In this document: in pieces, positions 38,511 to 49,003 of the stretch
Numbering within the stretch: position 1 is the stretch's first letter
Layout: every line of letters starts with the position of its first letter
DNA from: Candidatus Latescibacterota bacterium
GTDB lineage: Bacteria > Latescibacterota > UBA2968 > GCA-2709665
DNA length: 64,000 nucleotides
Assembly (NCBI GenBank): GCA_965208835.1
Contig: OZ242358.1
Coordinates: forward strand, 4,224,001-4,288,000
Direction of reading: 5' to 3'
The notes under the pieces: model-generated
The model's input: the letters and a program-made list of their open reading frames with translations, nothing else
What the model was told of the DNA's origin: nothing
Database searches by the model: none
Made by a program: the position numbers and the translations under genes

Positions 38511-40220
38511 ATGGACATACCGATACACGACGTGCTTCTTGTAGGGGGCGGCGCCGCGGGATTGCGCGCCGCCATCGCCGCGGCCGAGGCCGATTCCGGT
38601 CTGAACGTCGCTGTCGTCTCCAAGGTCTACCCCATGCGCAGCCACACCGTCTCTGCCGAGGGCGGCGCGGCGGCCGTCATGCGCGAATACGACAATCTGG
38701 ATCTGCACTCGTTCGACACCATACGGGGCAGCGACTACCTGGCCGACCAGGACGTCGTCGAGGCCTTTGTAAAGGAAGCGCAGGACGAATCCATTCAACT
38801 GGAACACTGGGGCTGCCCCTGGAGTCGGGATGAGGACGGCCGCGTCAGCGTACGGGCTTTCGGCGGCATGAGCGTGAAGCGAACGCTCTACGCGGCGGAC
38901 AAGACCGGATTCCACATGCTGCACGCCCTGTTTCAGACCTCCCTCAAATACAACGCGGTTACCCGGTACGACGAGTGGTTCGTCACCTCCCTGCTCGTGG
39001 ACGACGGAGAGGTCTGCGGCGTATCCGCGCTGAACATGCGCTCGGGCGGCATCCACGCGATCGGAGCCAAAACCGTAATCATCTGTACCGGCGGCGGCGG
39101 CAAGATCTTCCCGTTTACGACGAATGCCGCCATTAAGAACGGCGACGGTATGGCCCTGGCCTACCGCATCGGGTGTCCATTGAAGGACATGGAGTTCGTG
39201 CAGTACCATCCCACCGGCCTGCCGGGTACGGGTATCCTGATGACGGAAGCGTCCCGAGGGGAAGGCGGATACCTGATCAACAACAAGGGCGAGCGCTACC
39301 TGAGCGAATACATACCCGGGAAGATGGAACTGGGACCGCGCGATATCCTGTCGCGCGCATTCATGTATGAAATGCGGGAGGGTCGCGTCTTCGACGGTCC
39401 CTATGGCAGCTACGTCCACCTGGACCTGAGACATCTTGGCGAGAAAGTCATCGACGAGAAGCTGCCATTCGTCCGGGAACTGGCCAGGAACTACGTGGGT
39501 ATCGATCCGGTTCAGGAGCCCATCCCCGTCCGCCCCGTCGTCCACTACATGATGGGCGGCGTCCACACGGACATCAACGGCGCCACGCCCGTTCAGGGCC
39601 TCTACGCCGCCGGCGAAGCCGCATGCGTGAGTCTCAACGGCGCCAACCGGCTGGGCTCCAATTCCCTGACGGAGTGCCTCGTCTTCGGCGCACGCGCGGG
39701 AAAGGTCGCCGCGGAATACGCCGCCGGCCGGGAGTCCCCGGGCACGGACACCCTCGAAAACCTCAACCGCGACGAACAGCGGCGCATCGAAGGGACGTAC
39801 CTGCAGCCGCGCAACGGCAAGGAACGCGTCGCGGACATCCGTACCGAGATGCAGGCGGCCATGGAACGCGGCGCGGGTATCTTCCGCGATGAAGAGACGA
39901 TGAAGGAAACCTGCGAAACCCTGAGGAAACTTCAGGAGCGTTTCCGGAACGTCGGTCTGGATGACACCTCCAGCGTATTCAACACCGAACTCACGACGGC
40001 GCTCGAACTGGGATTCATGCTGGATGCGGCTGAGGCGCTTGCCCATGCCGCCCTGGATCGCAAGGAATCCAGGGGATCTCACTCCCGCTCGGATTTCGAG
40101 GATCGCAACGATGAGGAATACCTGAAACACTCATTGACATACAGGACGGAAGCAGGTCCGCGAATCGACTACCTTCCCGTAACGATCACGCGTTGGCAAC
40201 CCGAAGAGCGCAAGTACTGA
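38511..40220 (+). CDS. frdA: Fumarate reductase / succinate dehydrogenase flavoprotein subunit
   Basis: [17 protein letters not shown] (FAD His), [30 protein letters not shown]. Confidence 0.95.
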   Translation: MDIPIHDVLLVGGGAAGLRAAIAAAEADSGLNVAVVSKVYPMRSHTVSAEGGAAAVMREYDNLDLHSFDTIRGSDYLADQDVVEAFVKEAQDESIQLEHWGCPWSRDEDGRVSVRAFGGMSVKRTLYAADKTGFHMLHALFQTSLKYNAVTRYDEWFVTSLLVDDGEVCGVSALNMRSGGIHAIGAKTVIICTGGGGKIFPFTTNAAIKNGDGMALAYRIGCPLKDMEFVQYHPTGLPGTGILMTEASRGEGGYLINNKGERYLSEYIPGKMELGPRDILSRAFMYEMREGRVFDGPYGSYVHLDLRHLGEKVIDEKLPFVRELARNYVGIDPVQEPIPVRPVVHYMMGGVHTDINGATPVQGLYAAGEAACVSLNGANRLGSNSLTECLVFGARAGKVAAEYAAGRESPGTDTLENLNRDEQRRIEGTYLQPRNGKERVADIRTEMQAAMERGAGIFRDEETMKETCETLRKLQERFRNVGLDDTSSVFNTELTTALELGFMLDAAEALAHAALDRKESRGSHSRSDFEDRNDEEYLKHSLTYRTEAGPRIDYLPVTITRWQPEERKY

Positions 40221-40247
40221 TTTCGAATCCCGCGCAAGGGGAATTTC

Positions 40248-40997
40248 ATGAGTAATGGCAAGAAAATCACAATAACCGTTACCCGCTATCGCCCCGAACA
40301 GGAAGACGAACCCGTCGAACAGTCTTACGATATCGATTTTCAGGACGACTGGGTGGTGCTGGACGGGCTGAACCATATCAAGGATCACATTGACGGCTCT
40401 CTGTCTTTCCGCTGGTCATGCCGGATGGGTGTCTGCGGCAGTTGCGGCATGATGGTCAACGGTGAACCCAAGCTCTCGTGTGCCGCATTCCTGCGCGACT
40501 ATTATCCCGGCGAAGTCCGTGTGGAGCCCTTGCAGAACTTCCCCATCGTCCGGGATCTGATCATCGACATGACAGACTTTATGGACAAACTCCAGGCGGT
40601 GCAGCCCTGGATCATCCGGGAGGAAGAAAAACCCGTTTCGGAAGGGGAATACCTGCAGACGCCCGAAGAGCTGAAGGAATACAAGCAGTTCAGCATGTGC
40701 ATCAACTGCATGCTCTGCTACGCCGCCTGTCCCGTGTACGGACTCGAGACCGAATTCATCGGCCCCGCCGCCATTGCCCTGGGGCACCGGTACAATCTGG
40801 ACTCCCGCGACGAGGGTCGGGAACGGCGTCAACACGTGATTGCAAGCGCCGAGGGCATCTGGGAATGCACCTACATTGGCGAATGCTCCGTGGTCTGTCC
40901 CAAAGACGTGGATCCCGCAGCCGCCATCCAGCGGAACAAGGTGGCCACCACCGGCGGCTGGTTCAAATCCGTTCTCCTACCATGGGGGAAGAAGTAA
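40248..40997 (+). CDS. frdB: Fumarate reductase iron-sulfur subunit
   Basis: [35 protein letters not shown]. Confidence 0.95.
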   Translation: MSNGKKITITVTRYRPEQEDEPVEQSYDIDFQDDWVVLDGLNHIKDHIDGSLSFRWSCRMGVCGSCGMMVNGEPKLSCAAFLRDYYPGEVRVEPLQNFPIVRDLIIDMTDFMDKLQAVQPWIIREEEKPVSEGEYLQTPEELKEYKQFSMCINCMLCYAACPVYGLETEFIGPAAIALGHRYNLDSRDEGRERRQHVIASAEGIWECTYIGECSVVCPKDVDPAAAIQRNKVATTGGWFKSVLLPWGKK

Positions 40998-40998
40998 G

Positions 40999-41424
40999 AT
41001 GACGCGCGAACACGAGACCGAACACAAGGCGTATGTGCGTCCGGTACCGATCACGTGGTGGTTGCACAATCGCCGCTACTTCCTGTTCATGATCCGGGAA
41101 TCGACCAGCGTGTTTATCGCCCTGTTTGTTCTGGTATACCTGTATCAGCTGTTTCTCGTCTCCCGGGGCGCTGAAGTCCACGATATGTTCCAGGAAACGC
41201 TCCGGTCCGTACCGTTTGTCGTGGGTTATGCCATCGTCCTCCTGTTCGCACTGTACCACAGCATCACCTGGCTGGGTCTGGTATCCAAAATCCAGATCGT
41301 TCGAATCGGACGTCTGACGATACCGCCCTTTCTCGTGGGACTTGGCGCCTATCTCTCATGGATCGTCGTGTCGGCGGTTGTCGCCTGCCTGTTTCTGACA
41401 TTGAAAGTCGGTTGTATAAAGTAG
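40999..41424 (+). CDS. frdC: Fumarate reductase membrane anchor subunit C
   Basis: YVRPVPITWW...YFLFMIRESTS, ALYHSITW; three TM segments. Confidence 0.88.
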   Translation: MTREHETEHKAYVRPVPITWWLHNRRYFLFMIRESTSVFIALFVLVYLYQLFLVSRGAEVHDMFQETLRSVPFVVGYAIVLLFALYHSITWLGLVSKIQIVRIGRLTIPPFLVGLGAYLSWIVVSAVVACLFLTLKVGCIK

Positions 41425-41433
41425 GGGGAGTCC

Positions 41434-41790
41434 GTGTACAAGGAAGACAGAACCGAACCCTTCTGGTGGGGCATGTTCTCAATGGGCGGCGTGGTTGCCG
41501 CGCTGTTGATACCCGTCCATATCTTCTTCATCGGGCTGGCCGTGCCGCTCGGCCTGATCGACAAGAGCCTGCTGGAATACAGCCGGATGAAAACCCTGCT
41601 TGCGAATCCGCTTGTCAAAGTCTATCTGTTCGTTCTCATTGTCCCTCCGCTCTTTCACGCCGCCCACCGCATTCGTTTCTCACTGCACGAAATGGGCATC
41701 CGGAAACTGCTGCTCTCGCTGGACGTCCTCTGCTACGGCGGCGCTCTCCTCGGCGCAGCGGTTTCGCTGTACGTTCTTTGGGTGATTTGA
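41434..41790 (+). CDS. frdD: Fumarate reductase membrane anchor subunit D
   Basis: EPFWWGMFSMGG, LFHAAHRIRFSLHE; GTG start after GGGGGAG. Confidence 0.88.
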   Translation: MYKEDRTEPFWWGMFSMGGVVAALLIPVHIFFIGLAVPLGLIDKSLLEYSRMKTLLANPLVKVYLFVLIVPPLFHAAHRIRFSLHEMGIRKLLLSLDVLCYGGALLGAAVSLYVLWVI

Positions 41791-41859
41791 AGGTCCTTTA
41801 GAAAACAACCTGAATCTTCAGGCCGTGTCCACCGGACCTTTCGAATATCGAGACCGCCT

Positions 41860-43173
41860 ATGAAACCGGCATTGGTCATCCCGTCTTCAACCGCGGTTTG
41901 GATGGCGGTGTTCCTGTGCAAGGTTCTCTGTGCAGCCGCCCACGCGTCGGATAACCCTCCGGACGCCATATACGGGAAAGCGCGCGCTTCGGTTGTCGTA
42001 CTGGACGTGGAGAGAAGGGACGGTTCCCGAATCCGGGGAATGGGCTTTCTCGCCCTGGACAGCAGAATCGCGGTGACAACCTGGGATCTTGTGGACGACG
42101 CGGTCGGGGTTGTCGCCAGGTTCGAATCCGGCGAGGCGTTCGGGGTTTCGGGCCTGATCGACAAAGACGAGAAACGAAACGTTGCCTTGATCCGGATCAA
42201 GGTTTTCGGAAGGCCGCTGCTGGAACTGGACGCCGGGGACCCGGTCGAGATCAAGCGGACCTTTGTCGTAGAGACGGTCGAGGGGGAGGCATTCAGACTT
42301 GCCGACGGAGAGATGAGTCCCGTCGAAATCGTCGACGGCGTGAGGTCCTATCCCCTGAGCGCCTCCGCTTCTGCCGGCGGCAACGGAGGACCGCTGTTAG
42401 ACGAATCCGGCCGCGTGATCGGCGTTGTGTCGACTCACGCAAGCGAAGGGCGAGTTTCAGTCCGCGCAATCCCTTCGGTATATGCTCTGGGCCTCGATTA
42501 CACGTTGCCCACCCGGCCCTGGCAGAAAGCACAGCGCGGCCCTGAGCGGCTCGAAACAACATCCGAACCCGTCGCCGAGGCGGAACCACCGGACCCGAGC
42601 GCGATCCGGTTTCGCTTCTACCGGGCGGAAGGCCAGCGGTTCAGCGACGTCAACCGCAACCTGTGGACGGAGTCCATTCTCTGGTGGGTGGACAATATTC
42701 GGAAGGAATGCGGCGGGAACCCCGATGTCGGCAGCGCGGAAGACCTGGGCGTGGACGCTGTTGCGATTCCGTCTGAAAAGGCCCGGTTCACAACCCGGAC
42801 GACGGGATGGAAGTCCTGGGTTCTGGGTAAAGACAACCTGAGGGGATACATCGCCAGGACGGAACGCCACCGTGATTTTCATATCGGCGTTTTTCAGGAA
42901 GTCAGGTACAAACCCTCTCCCGAGGAGAAATCGCGTGCGGTTGCGGGTGTGTACGTCCCGCCGAACGTCCTGGCGCTTTACTTTAAGGCCACCCGGATCA
43001 AGGAAGACGAACGCGTACACCTGATCGGCAACCTTTTCGGCCTGGACGGCGACGACGGCGGGGTCATGTCTTCCAGACATCCCCGCGGGCCCGGTTCGCC
43101 TGCCGTCTACGGCAACATGACCGAATGGCCGCCGCACTGGTGCGGCAAAATAGCGGAATATCTGGATCACTGA
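41860..43173 (+). CDS. Exported protein with degenerate trypsin-like domain and unknown C-terminal domain
   Basis: Signal peptide; IYGKARASVV, GMGF, DEKRNVALI, GGNGGPLLDESGRVIGV. Confidence 0.7.
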   Translation: MKPALVIPSSTAVWMAVFLCKVLCAAAHASDNPPDAIYGKARASVVVLDVERRDGSRIRGMGFLALDSRIAVTTWDLVDDAVGVVARFESGEAFGVSGLIDKDEKRNVALIRIKVFGRPLLELDAGDPVEIKRTFVVETVEGEAFRLADGEMSPVEIVDGVRSYPLSASASAGGNGGPLLDESGRVIGVVSTHASEGRVSVRAIPSVYALGLDYTLPTRPWQKAQRGPERLETTSEPVAEAEPPDPSAIRFRFYRAEGQRFSDVNRNLWTESILWWVDNIRKECGGNPDVGSAEDLGVDAVAIPSEKARFTTRTTGWKSWVLGKDNLRGYIARTERHRDFHIGVFQEVRYKPSPEEKSRAVAGVYVPPNVLALYFKATRIKEDERVHLIGNLFGLDGDDGGVMSSRHPRGPGSPAVYGNMTEWPPHWCGKIAEYLDH

Positions 43174-43265
43174 TGCGTCTTCAAAAACAGCGAGATTACC
43201 CGTAATCGCGCTCCGGTGATCCGATCCTGACGCGATGTACACAGGACCGGTCTGAAAGGTATAAA

Positions 43266-43694
43266 ATGGAAACCTTGAAGAACAGCATCAGCCATGAAAC
43301 GGTGGATAACGTCGGCGCGGTTCTGTCTTGCGCATGTGCGGTCCATTGTGTGGCAATGCCGCTACTGGTAACGGTCCTGCCGTTGCTGGGGCTCGGGTTC
43401 CTCACGAGCGAACCTGCGGAACTAATCATCGTCGGAGCCGTTGCGCTCGCAATGGGCAGCGCCGTTTGGGGTGTCAGACACCACAGACACTGGAGAACGT
43501 TTCTCATCATCGTAGTGGCAATCGCGTTTATCGCCATCGGCCACGTTGCAACTGAAGGAATCTTTGAAGTCGTCTTCCATACAACAGCAGGAATCCTGCT
43601 TGCAACGGCGCACCTGCTGAATCGGCATCTATGCAAGACCTGTCCGGCATGCGGAGACGAACACGCGGGCGATTCTCATTCGCTGCGTTTCTGA
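43266..43694 (+). CDS. MerC domain-containing membrane protein
   Basis: DNVGAVLSCACAVHCVAMPLL, HHRH, AHLLNRHLC. Confidence 0.85.
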   Translation: METLKNSISHETVDNVGAVLSCACAVHCVAMPLLVTVLPLLGLGFLTSEPAELIIVGAVALAMGSAVWGVRHHRHWRTFLIIVVAIAFIAIGHVATEGIFEVVFHTTAGILLATAHLLNRHLCKTCPACGDEHAGDSHSLRF

Positions 43695-43892
43695 CGGCCA
43701 CCGTCGCCTGACTGAACTTTTGACGACTAAACGTCCATCCGGGCTACGGCCGGCCCTTGCGGTCGAAATACTGCGTTGCGCGGCCTCGCCTGCAGAGCGA
43801 CTTTATCAACGGACTGTTAGGTCAGGGAATGCCGTTCCGTTCGGCCGCCGTACCGGCTGCTCCCTGGCACATAATCTCCTTTTTGACTGACG

Positions 43893-43925
43893 AAAAGGCC
43901 CGGCAGAAATCCTGCCGGGCCTTTT
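43893..43925. terminator. Bidirectional rho-independent terminator between merC-like gene and fumC
   Basis: AAAAGGCCCGGCAG-AAATC-CTGCCGGGCCTTTT. Confidence 0.85.
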
Positions 43926-43983
43926 CAGGTCGTTGTGCGGTTATCCGAAAGCGCCGGGTCGGGGGTCGGCGTCCCCGTCAACG

Positions 43984-45378
43984 TCAGCCGCCCGGCCCCG
44001 TCATCTTTTCCGGCCGGACCGCGGCATCGAACGCCTGCCCGTCCATCATTCCGAGCGCCACCGCGGATTCCCGAAGCGTCAGGTTCTCGTCGAACGCTTT
44101 CTTGGCAACCTTTGCCGCATTGTCGTATCCGATGCTGGGATTCAACGCCGTGACGAGCATGAGCGACTGCTCCAGGTGGTTTCGGATATTCTCGCGGTTC
44201 GGTTCAATGCCCACCGCGCAGTGATCGTTGAACGCCGCGCAGGCATCGGCCAGCAATCGCACCGACTGCAGCAGATTGTAAACGATGAGCGGTTTGAACA
44301 CGTTCAGTTCGAAATTCCCTGAGGAACCGCCCACCGCAATCGCCATATCGTTCCCGATGACCTGTGCGGCAACCATCGTCATCGCTTCGCACTGAGTGGG
44401 GTTCACCTTGCCCGGCATTATCGAGCTGCCGGGCTCGTTGGCGGGGAGTGTCAACTCGCTTATACCGCAGCGCGGGCCCGAAGCCAGCCAACGGGTGTCG
44501 TTGGCGATTTTCATCAGCGAACAAGCCAGAGTCTTCAAGGCGCCGCTGGCTTCCACCATCGCATCGTGCGCGGCCAGGGACTCGAACTTATTCTCGGCGG
44601 AAACAAACGGATGCCCGGTCAGCTCAGCAATCCGTGCGGCGGCGCGGTTGGCAAATTCCGGATGCGTATTCAGCCCGGTACCCACCGCCGTGCCGCCAAG
44701 CGCGAGCTCATTGAGATTGGCAAGGCAACGCTCAATCCGCTCCAGGCCCTTCGTCAGCTGCGTCACGTATCCCGAAAACTCCTGGCTGAGCGTCAGGGGA
44801 ACGGCGTCCATCAGATGCGTACGTCCAATCTTGATAATATCCTCGAATTCGTCCGCCTTGCCGGCCAGCGTATCCCGCAGCTTCGTGACCTGGGGGATCA
44901 ACCGCCTGTGGATCTCGCTTACGGCTGCAATGTGCATCGCCGCGGGAAAGGTGTCGTTTGAAGACTGCGCCATATTCACATCGTCGTTCGGATGAATCGG
45001 ATCCTTGCTGCCCATCCGCCCGCCGGCAATCTGAATGGCCCGGTTGGATATGACTTCGTTGGCGTTCATATTCGTCTGTGTACCGCTTCCCGTCTGCCAG
45101 ATCCGGAGCGGAAAGTGGTCGTTCAGCTTACCCTCGATGACTTCATCGGCCGCCTGCACGATGAGGTCCGCCTTTTGCGGCGGGAGCTTTCCCAGTTCAC
45201 GGTTTACAATCGCGGCGGCTTTTTTCAGAATGCCGAACGCTCTGATCAATTCCCCTGGCATGCGTTCTTCGCCAATATCAAAATGAATCAGCGCCCTGGC
45301 CGTCTGGGCGCCGTAGTACCGGTGGTCAGGTACCTGTATCTCTCCCATACTGTCCGTCTCGGTCCTGTGTCCCTCCAT
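43984..45378 (-). CDS. fumC: Fumarate hydratase class II
   Basis: [49 protein letters not shown]. Confidence 0.98.
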   Translation of the reverse strand: MEGHRTETDSMGEIQVPDHRYYGAQTARALIHFDIGEERMPGELIRAFGILKKAAAIVNRELGKLPPQKADLIVQAADEVIEGKLNDHFPLRIWQTGSGTQTNMNANEVISNRAIQIAGGRMGSKDPIHPNDDVNMAQSSNDTFPAAMHIAAVSEIHRRLIPQVTKLRDTLAGKADEFEDIIKIGRTHLMDAVPLTLSQEFSGYVTQLTKGLERIERCLANLNELALGGTAVGTGLNTHPEFANRAAARIAELTGHPFVSAENKFESLAAHDAMVEASGALKTLACSLMKIANDTRWLASGPRCGISELTLPANEPGSSIMPGKVNPTQCEAMTMVAAQVIGNDMAIAVGGSSGNFELNVFKPLIVYNLLQSVRLLADACAAFNDHCAVGIEPNRENIRNHLEQSLMLVTALNPSIGYDNAAKVAKKAFDENLTLRESAVALGMMDGQAFDAAVRPEKMTGPGG

Positions 45379-45454
45379 CTCTCCTTCTCCTGTCGAATGG
45401 CGCGCGGGTGCGGGTCAGCAGCGCCGGCATCGTAACTTCATCAACTGAACGTCA

Positions 45455-45640
45455 GAAGCTGTTTTAAAATTACCGGTGAGTTCCCGAGCGCGAGCGAAAA
45501 AGTGGCGGTCAAGGCGGGAAAACCCGCCTATGAGAGGCGAGCAAGCGCAGCCTTGATCTCGTATGACGGGTGGGTTTGACCAACGCTGAACGGCGCTTTT
45601 GCAGCCGCGCGAAGACCGCTGGGAATTTTAGAACAGCTTC
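45455..45640. mobile_element. MITE copy 2, 3-bp TSD TCA
   Basis: TCA|GAAGCTG...CAGCTTC|TCA; 186 bp. Confidence 0.88.
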
Positions 45641-45905
45641 TCAGGTATTGTCTGGCATTTCAAGATACAAAATCAGGACATTCCCGGCAACCACATCCGC
45701 TCCATGCAGGGCGAACAACAAAAAATATAATGGTATATATTATTTTCTTGCTTTTAAAATTACTCGTTCTTATCTTCTATACTTCCCTGCGCACCGTGAC
45801 GGCGAGGAAATCCTCACAGCACCACCACCTCCGCCGGCCTCTCGATCCGAACAAACCTTCAGCGGCAACAAGGCCGGGCAGGAATCATTCGAAGGAGACG
45901 AGCAC

Positions 45906-46823
45906 GTGTTGATTCAGAGCCTGAAAATCTTTTGCGACCTCATCGATACCCAGAGTTTTTCGAAGACGGCGGTCCTGAACGGCGTTACGCAGTCGGCAGT
46001 CAGCCAGCAGATCAAGAGTATTGAACATCGCCAGGGCAGACCGCTGCTGGAGCGCCATAAGCGCAAGATCGGCCTTACCAAGGAGGGAGAGGTATTCTAC
46101 AAGGGCGCCGGCGACATCGTCAAGCGATACGACGAGATGTTACAGCGCGTCGAGGCTCTGGACGGCGTGGTTTCGGGCACCGTTCGACTTTCTTCCATTT
46201 ACAGCGTGGGCATGCGTGAACTCGGACCCTATCTCAAGACCTATCTCAAAGCCTTCCCCAGGGTCAACTTCAGGCTGGATTACAATCACACACCCCGCAT
46301 TTACGACGACGTCGCCAGCGGCGAGATTGACTTCGGCGTCGTCGCTTTCCCCAGACCGCACCGTAACATCAAGATCATCCCCTTCTCAGAAGACAATATG
46401 GTGGTGGCCTGCCCACCCGCGAATCCGCTCGCTGAGCGTGACCACATTGCCGTCAACGACATCAGCGATCATCCGCTTATCCTCTTCTCCCAGGAAACCC
46501 ATACCCGGCATGCGCTGGACCAGTTCTTCCGCAAACATCGCATCCAGCCCGACATTGTGATGGAGTTCGATCATATCGACACCATCAAGGATGCCGTCGA
46601 AGTGGACCTCGGCATTTCCATCCTGCCCGAACACTCGGTCGACCTGGAACACAAGGAAGGCAGCCTGAAGGTGCTGACCATCAAGGGCGACGTGCTCACC
46701 AGGCCCCTGGGTATCCTGCACAAACGGGGACGGAGCCTTTCAATAGCCGCCCGGAAACTCCTCGACGTACTCACGAACGGGAAAGCTCCGGTCGGTGAAT
46801 CGCAGTTGCACGCCGCCGGTTAA
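45906..46823 (+). CDS. LysR family transcriptional regulator
   Basis: SFSKTAVLNGVTQSAVSQQIKSIE HTH plus substrate-binding domain; GAAGGAG RBS before GTG 45906. Confidence 0.93.
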   Translation: MLIQSLKIFCDLIDTQSFSKTAVLNGVTQSAVSQQIKSIEHRQGRPLLERHKRKIGLTKEGEVFYKGAGDIVKRYDEMLQRVEALDGVVSGTVRLSSIYSVGMRELGPYLKTYLKAFPRVNFRLDYNHTPRIYDDVASGEIDFGVVAFPRPHRNIKIIPFSEDNMVVACPPANPLAERDHIAVNDISDHPLILFSQETHTRHALDQFFRKHRIQPDIVMEFDHIDTIKDAVEVDLGISILPEHSVDLEHKEGSLKVLTIKGDVLTRPLGILHKRGRSLSIAARKLLDVLTNGKAPVGESQLHAAG

Positions 46824-46846
46824 GTCGAAGCGCCAAACCGCCATTC

Positions 46847-47545
46847 TCAGCGGCCACTGCCGGCGATCATCTCCTGAATCAGGAATCGGAGGAACCGCAC
46901 TCCCGTGCGGAACGATGGCGCCTTCGACTCCCCTCCGACCCGGTTTCCCTCCCACGTAGGAATCTCCTCGATTCGCATCCTCTGTTTCATCGCACGGATC
47001 GTCATCTCGTATTCGATCGTGTAGCCCACCGATCCGGGATCGAGCTTCAGAAATGCCTCCCGTGCAATTCCGCGAAACCCGTTTATCGTATCCGTCACGT
47101 ACGATCCCTGATTCCAGATCCAATTGGCGATCCATGTAAACACTTGATTCGTCCATTTTCTCAACGGCAGAGAATCGTCGTCCTCCTCGTTACGTGAGGC
47201 GGGCAGAAAACGGGACGCGATCGCCATATCGGCACCGCCCTCGACAGCGGCAAAAAGCCTTGGGATATCGTCCGGATCTTCATTCCCGTCGGGGCTGAAG
47301 AAGACCAGGCACGCGCCGCTCGACGCGCGGACCGCCGCGCGAAACGCCTCGCCCCTCCCCGGACGCGGCTGGTCCACAAGCCGGACGTGGTGGGATGCCA
47401 GGACCTCCCGGGTACCGTCCGTAGAGCCGCCGTCGACGGCGAGTACTTCGTCGGCCATAGCGGAAAGGTCGTGTCCGGCTGAAAACAGCCAGCGGACGCC
47501 GTCGACCTCGTTGAGCGTAAGCAGAACAACAGTGCGTCGGGCCAT
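46847..47545 (-). CDS. Glycosyltransferase family 2 (DPM1-like)
   Basis: TLNE, VDGGSTDGT, GRGEA, SPDGNE, ASRF, DTINGFR. Confidence 0.9.
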   Translation of the reverse strand: MARRTVVLLTLNEVDGVRWLFSAGHDLSAMADEVLAVDGGSTDGTREVLASHHVRLVDQPRPGRGEAFRAAVRASSGACLVFFSPDGNEDPDDIPRLFAAVEGGADMAIASRFLPASRNEEDDDSLPLRKWTNQVFTWIANWIWNQGSYVTDTINGFRGIAREAFLKLDPGSVGYTIEYEMTIRAMKQRMRIEEIPTWEGNRVGGESKAPSFRTGVRFLRFLIQEMIAGSGR

Positions 47546-47564
47546 ATGGAACCCTGGAATCGGT

Positions 47565-47683
47565 GAGACGGGAGAGGGAAGAGGGTAGAGATTGTCTGCC
47601 TTATCAGGTTTCTTCTCATGCCGGAGGCAAGGAGGGAAAATTGTCGGGCGTGGATTTCTTCTACCGGCTCACTTCTACCGTCT
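47565..47683 (+). repeat. ~120-bp dispersed repeat with imperfect TIRs, copy A
   Basis: Aligns along its length with the reverse complement of 56131-56250. Confidence 0.8.
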
Positions 47684-47736
47684 CCCCGCATTTATTCTAC
47701 CGTCTTACGTCTTGCGTCTACCCGATTCTCTCACCT

Positions 47737-48963
47737 CTACCGTCTTACCGCCTTTTGGGTAGGTCCGCCCCTGAAAAAACGATCGAACAACTCGACGATA
47801 CGATCCAGATCGTCTGACGAGAGATCCTGGTGGCAACCGATATAGAAACCGCTTCTGTTGATCCATCCGGCGACGGGATAGTCCGCCTCGCCGATTCCCA
47901 GCAGTCGCTGGTAGAGCGGCTGATTGGTCAATGGAAGCATCTCGCGGGTTTCAACCCGGTTCTGCTCCAGGAAATTCACGAGCGCGTCCTTCTTCCGGTC
48001 CCTCAGGACGATCGGATACATCATGAACGAGTGGTCGCAACCCGGTCGAATACGGGGAAGCTGCAGAAACGCTTCGTGCCCGGACAACTTCCCGGTCAGC
48101 CAGGCGGCATTCGTCCTCCGGCGGGCGATCATCTCAGCCCCCACCTCGAGCTGCGCCAGCCCGAGAGCGGCCTCCATCTCGGTGAGTCGAAAGCTGTACC
48201 CGAGACTCACAAAAGAAAATCGCCGGGCGACGATTCTACGAAGTTCCTCCGGCGATTTCCGGTCGTCGTCATCTATGTTCAGATACGTCGAATCCCGCCC
48301 GTGGTTGATTAGCGATCTCAGCTTTTCAGCGTACTCCGGATTGTCGGTCGTATTCAGCCCGCCGACGCCGGTCGTCAACAGGTGTGCCGCGTACGTGGAA
48401 AAACACCCGATTTCACCGAGACTCCCGACGCTGCGACCCTTGTATCGCGCGAACATGGTCTCGGCCGAATCTTCGATGACCCGAAGACCGTACCGCCGGG
48501 CAAGCTCCAGGACTGGATCCATCTCGCACGGCTGTCCGAAGACATGAACGGGAATGAGCGCCCTGGTACGCGACGTGACCGCAGCCTCGATTTTTTCAGG
48601 ATCGAGCTCGTAGTGGATCGGATCGACGTCCACAAGCACAGGGCGCATTCGCGCGTGGATGACGACATTTGCCGTACCTGCAAAGGTCACCGCGGGCAGG
48701 ATGACTTCGTCTCCGTCGGCCCACCCATGCAATTCCTTCAGCGCCGCCAGGGCGACCAGCAGGGCGCTCGTTCCGCTATTGCTCATCACGCCGAACCGAC
48801 ACCCGTGCGCCTGCGCGAATCCGGCCTCGAACCGGCGCGTCATCGGACCGTAAGACAGCCGGTTGCTGTCCAGGACCTCGTTTACCAGCGCCCTGGCGCG
48901 GGGACTGATGTTCAACGTACCCACGCCGATCACCGGCTGCAGGTCATCACGATCTTCGGACAC
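47737..48963 (-). CDS. DegT/DnrJ family PLP aminotransferase
   Basis: NSGTSAL, VHVFGQP, IEDSAE, FSTYAAHLLTTGVGG; His at the usual Lys position, as in ColD/E1-type dehydratases. Confidence 0.88.
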   Translation of the reverse strand: MSEDRDDLQPVIGVGTLNISPRARALVNEVLDSNRLSYGPMTRRFEAGFAQAHGCRFGVMSNSGTSALLVALAALKELHGWADGDEVILPAVTFAGTANVVIHARMRPVLVDVDPIHYELDPEKIEAAVTSRTRALIPVHVFGQPCEMDPVLELARRYGLRVIEDSAETMFARYKGRSVGSLGEIGCFSTYAAHLLTTGVGGLNTTDNPEYAEKLRSLINHGRDSTYLNIDDDDRKSPEELRRIVARRFSFVSLGYSFRLTEMEAALGLAQLEVGAEMIARRRTNAAWLTGKLSGHEAFLQLPRIRPGCDHSFMMYPIVLRDRKKDALVNFLEQNRVETREMLPLTNQPLYQRLLGIGEADYPVAGWINRSGFYIGCHQDLSSDDLDRIVELFDRFFRGGPTQKAVRR

Positions 48964-49003
48964 TTCGAACCCGCCTCCTGTTTTCAACCTGTTTCCCGAA
49001 GGT

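Noticed and set aside
38451-40130. Long antisense ORFs (e.g. 38451-40130, 5939-7054, 14621-15850, 61221-62609)
   Set aside because: Shadow frames of well-supported high-GC genes, with no recognisable motifs.
43731-43820. IS-end-like TTATCAACGGACTGTTAG as a complete element
   Set aside because: No matching left TIR or target duplication found; at most a remnant.
45570-45905. N-terminal extension of LysR
   Set aside because: Begins inside the MITE; RBS and HTH position indicate a start near 45906.
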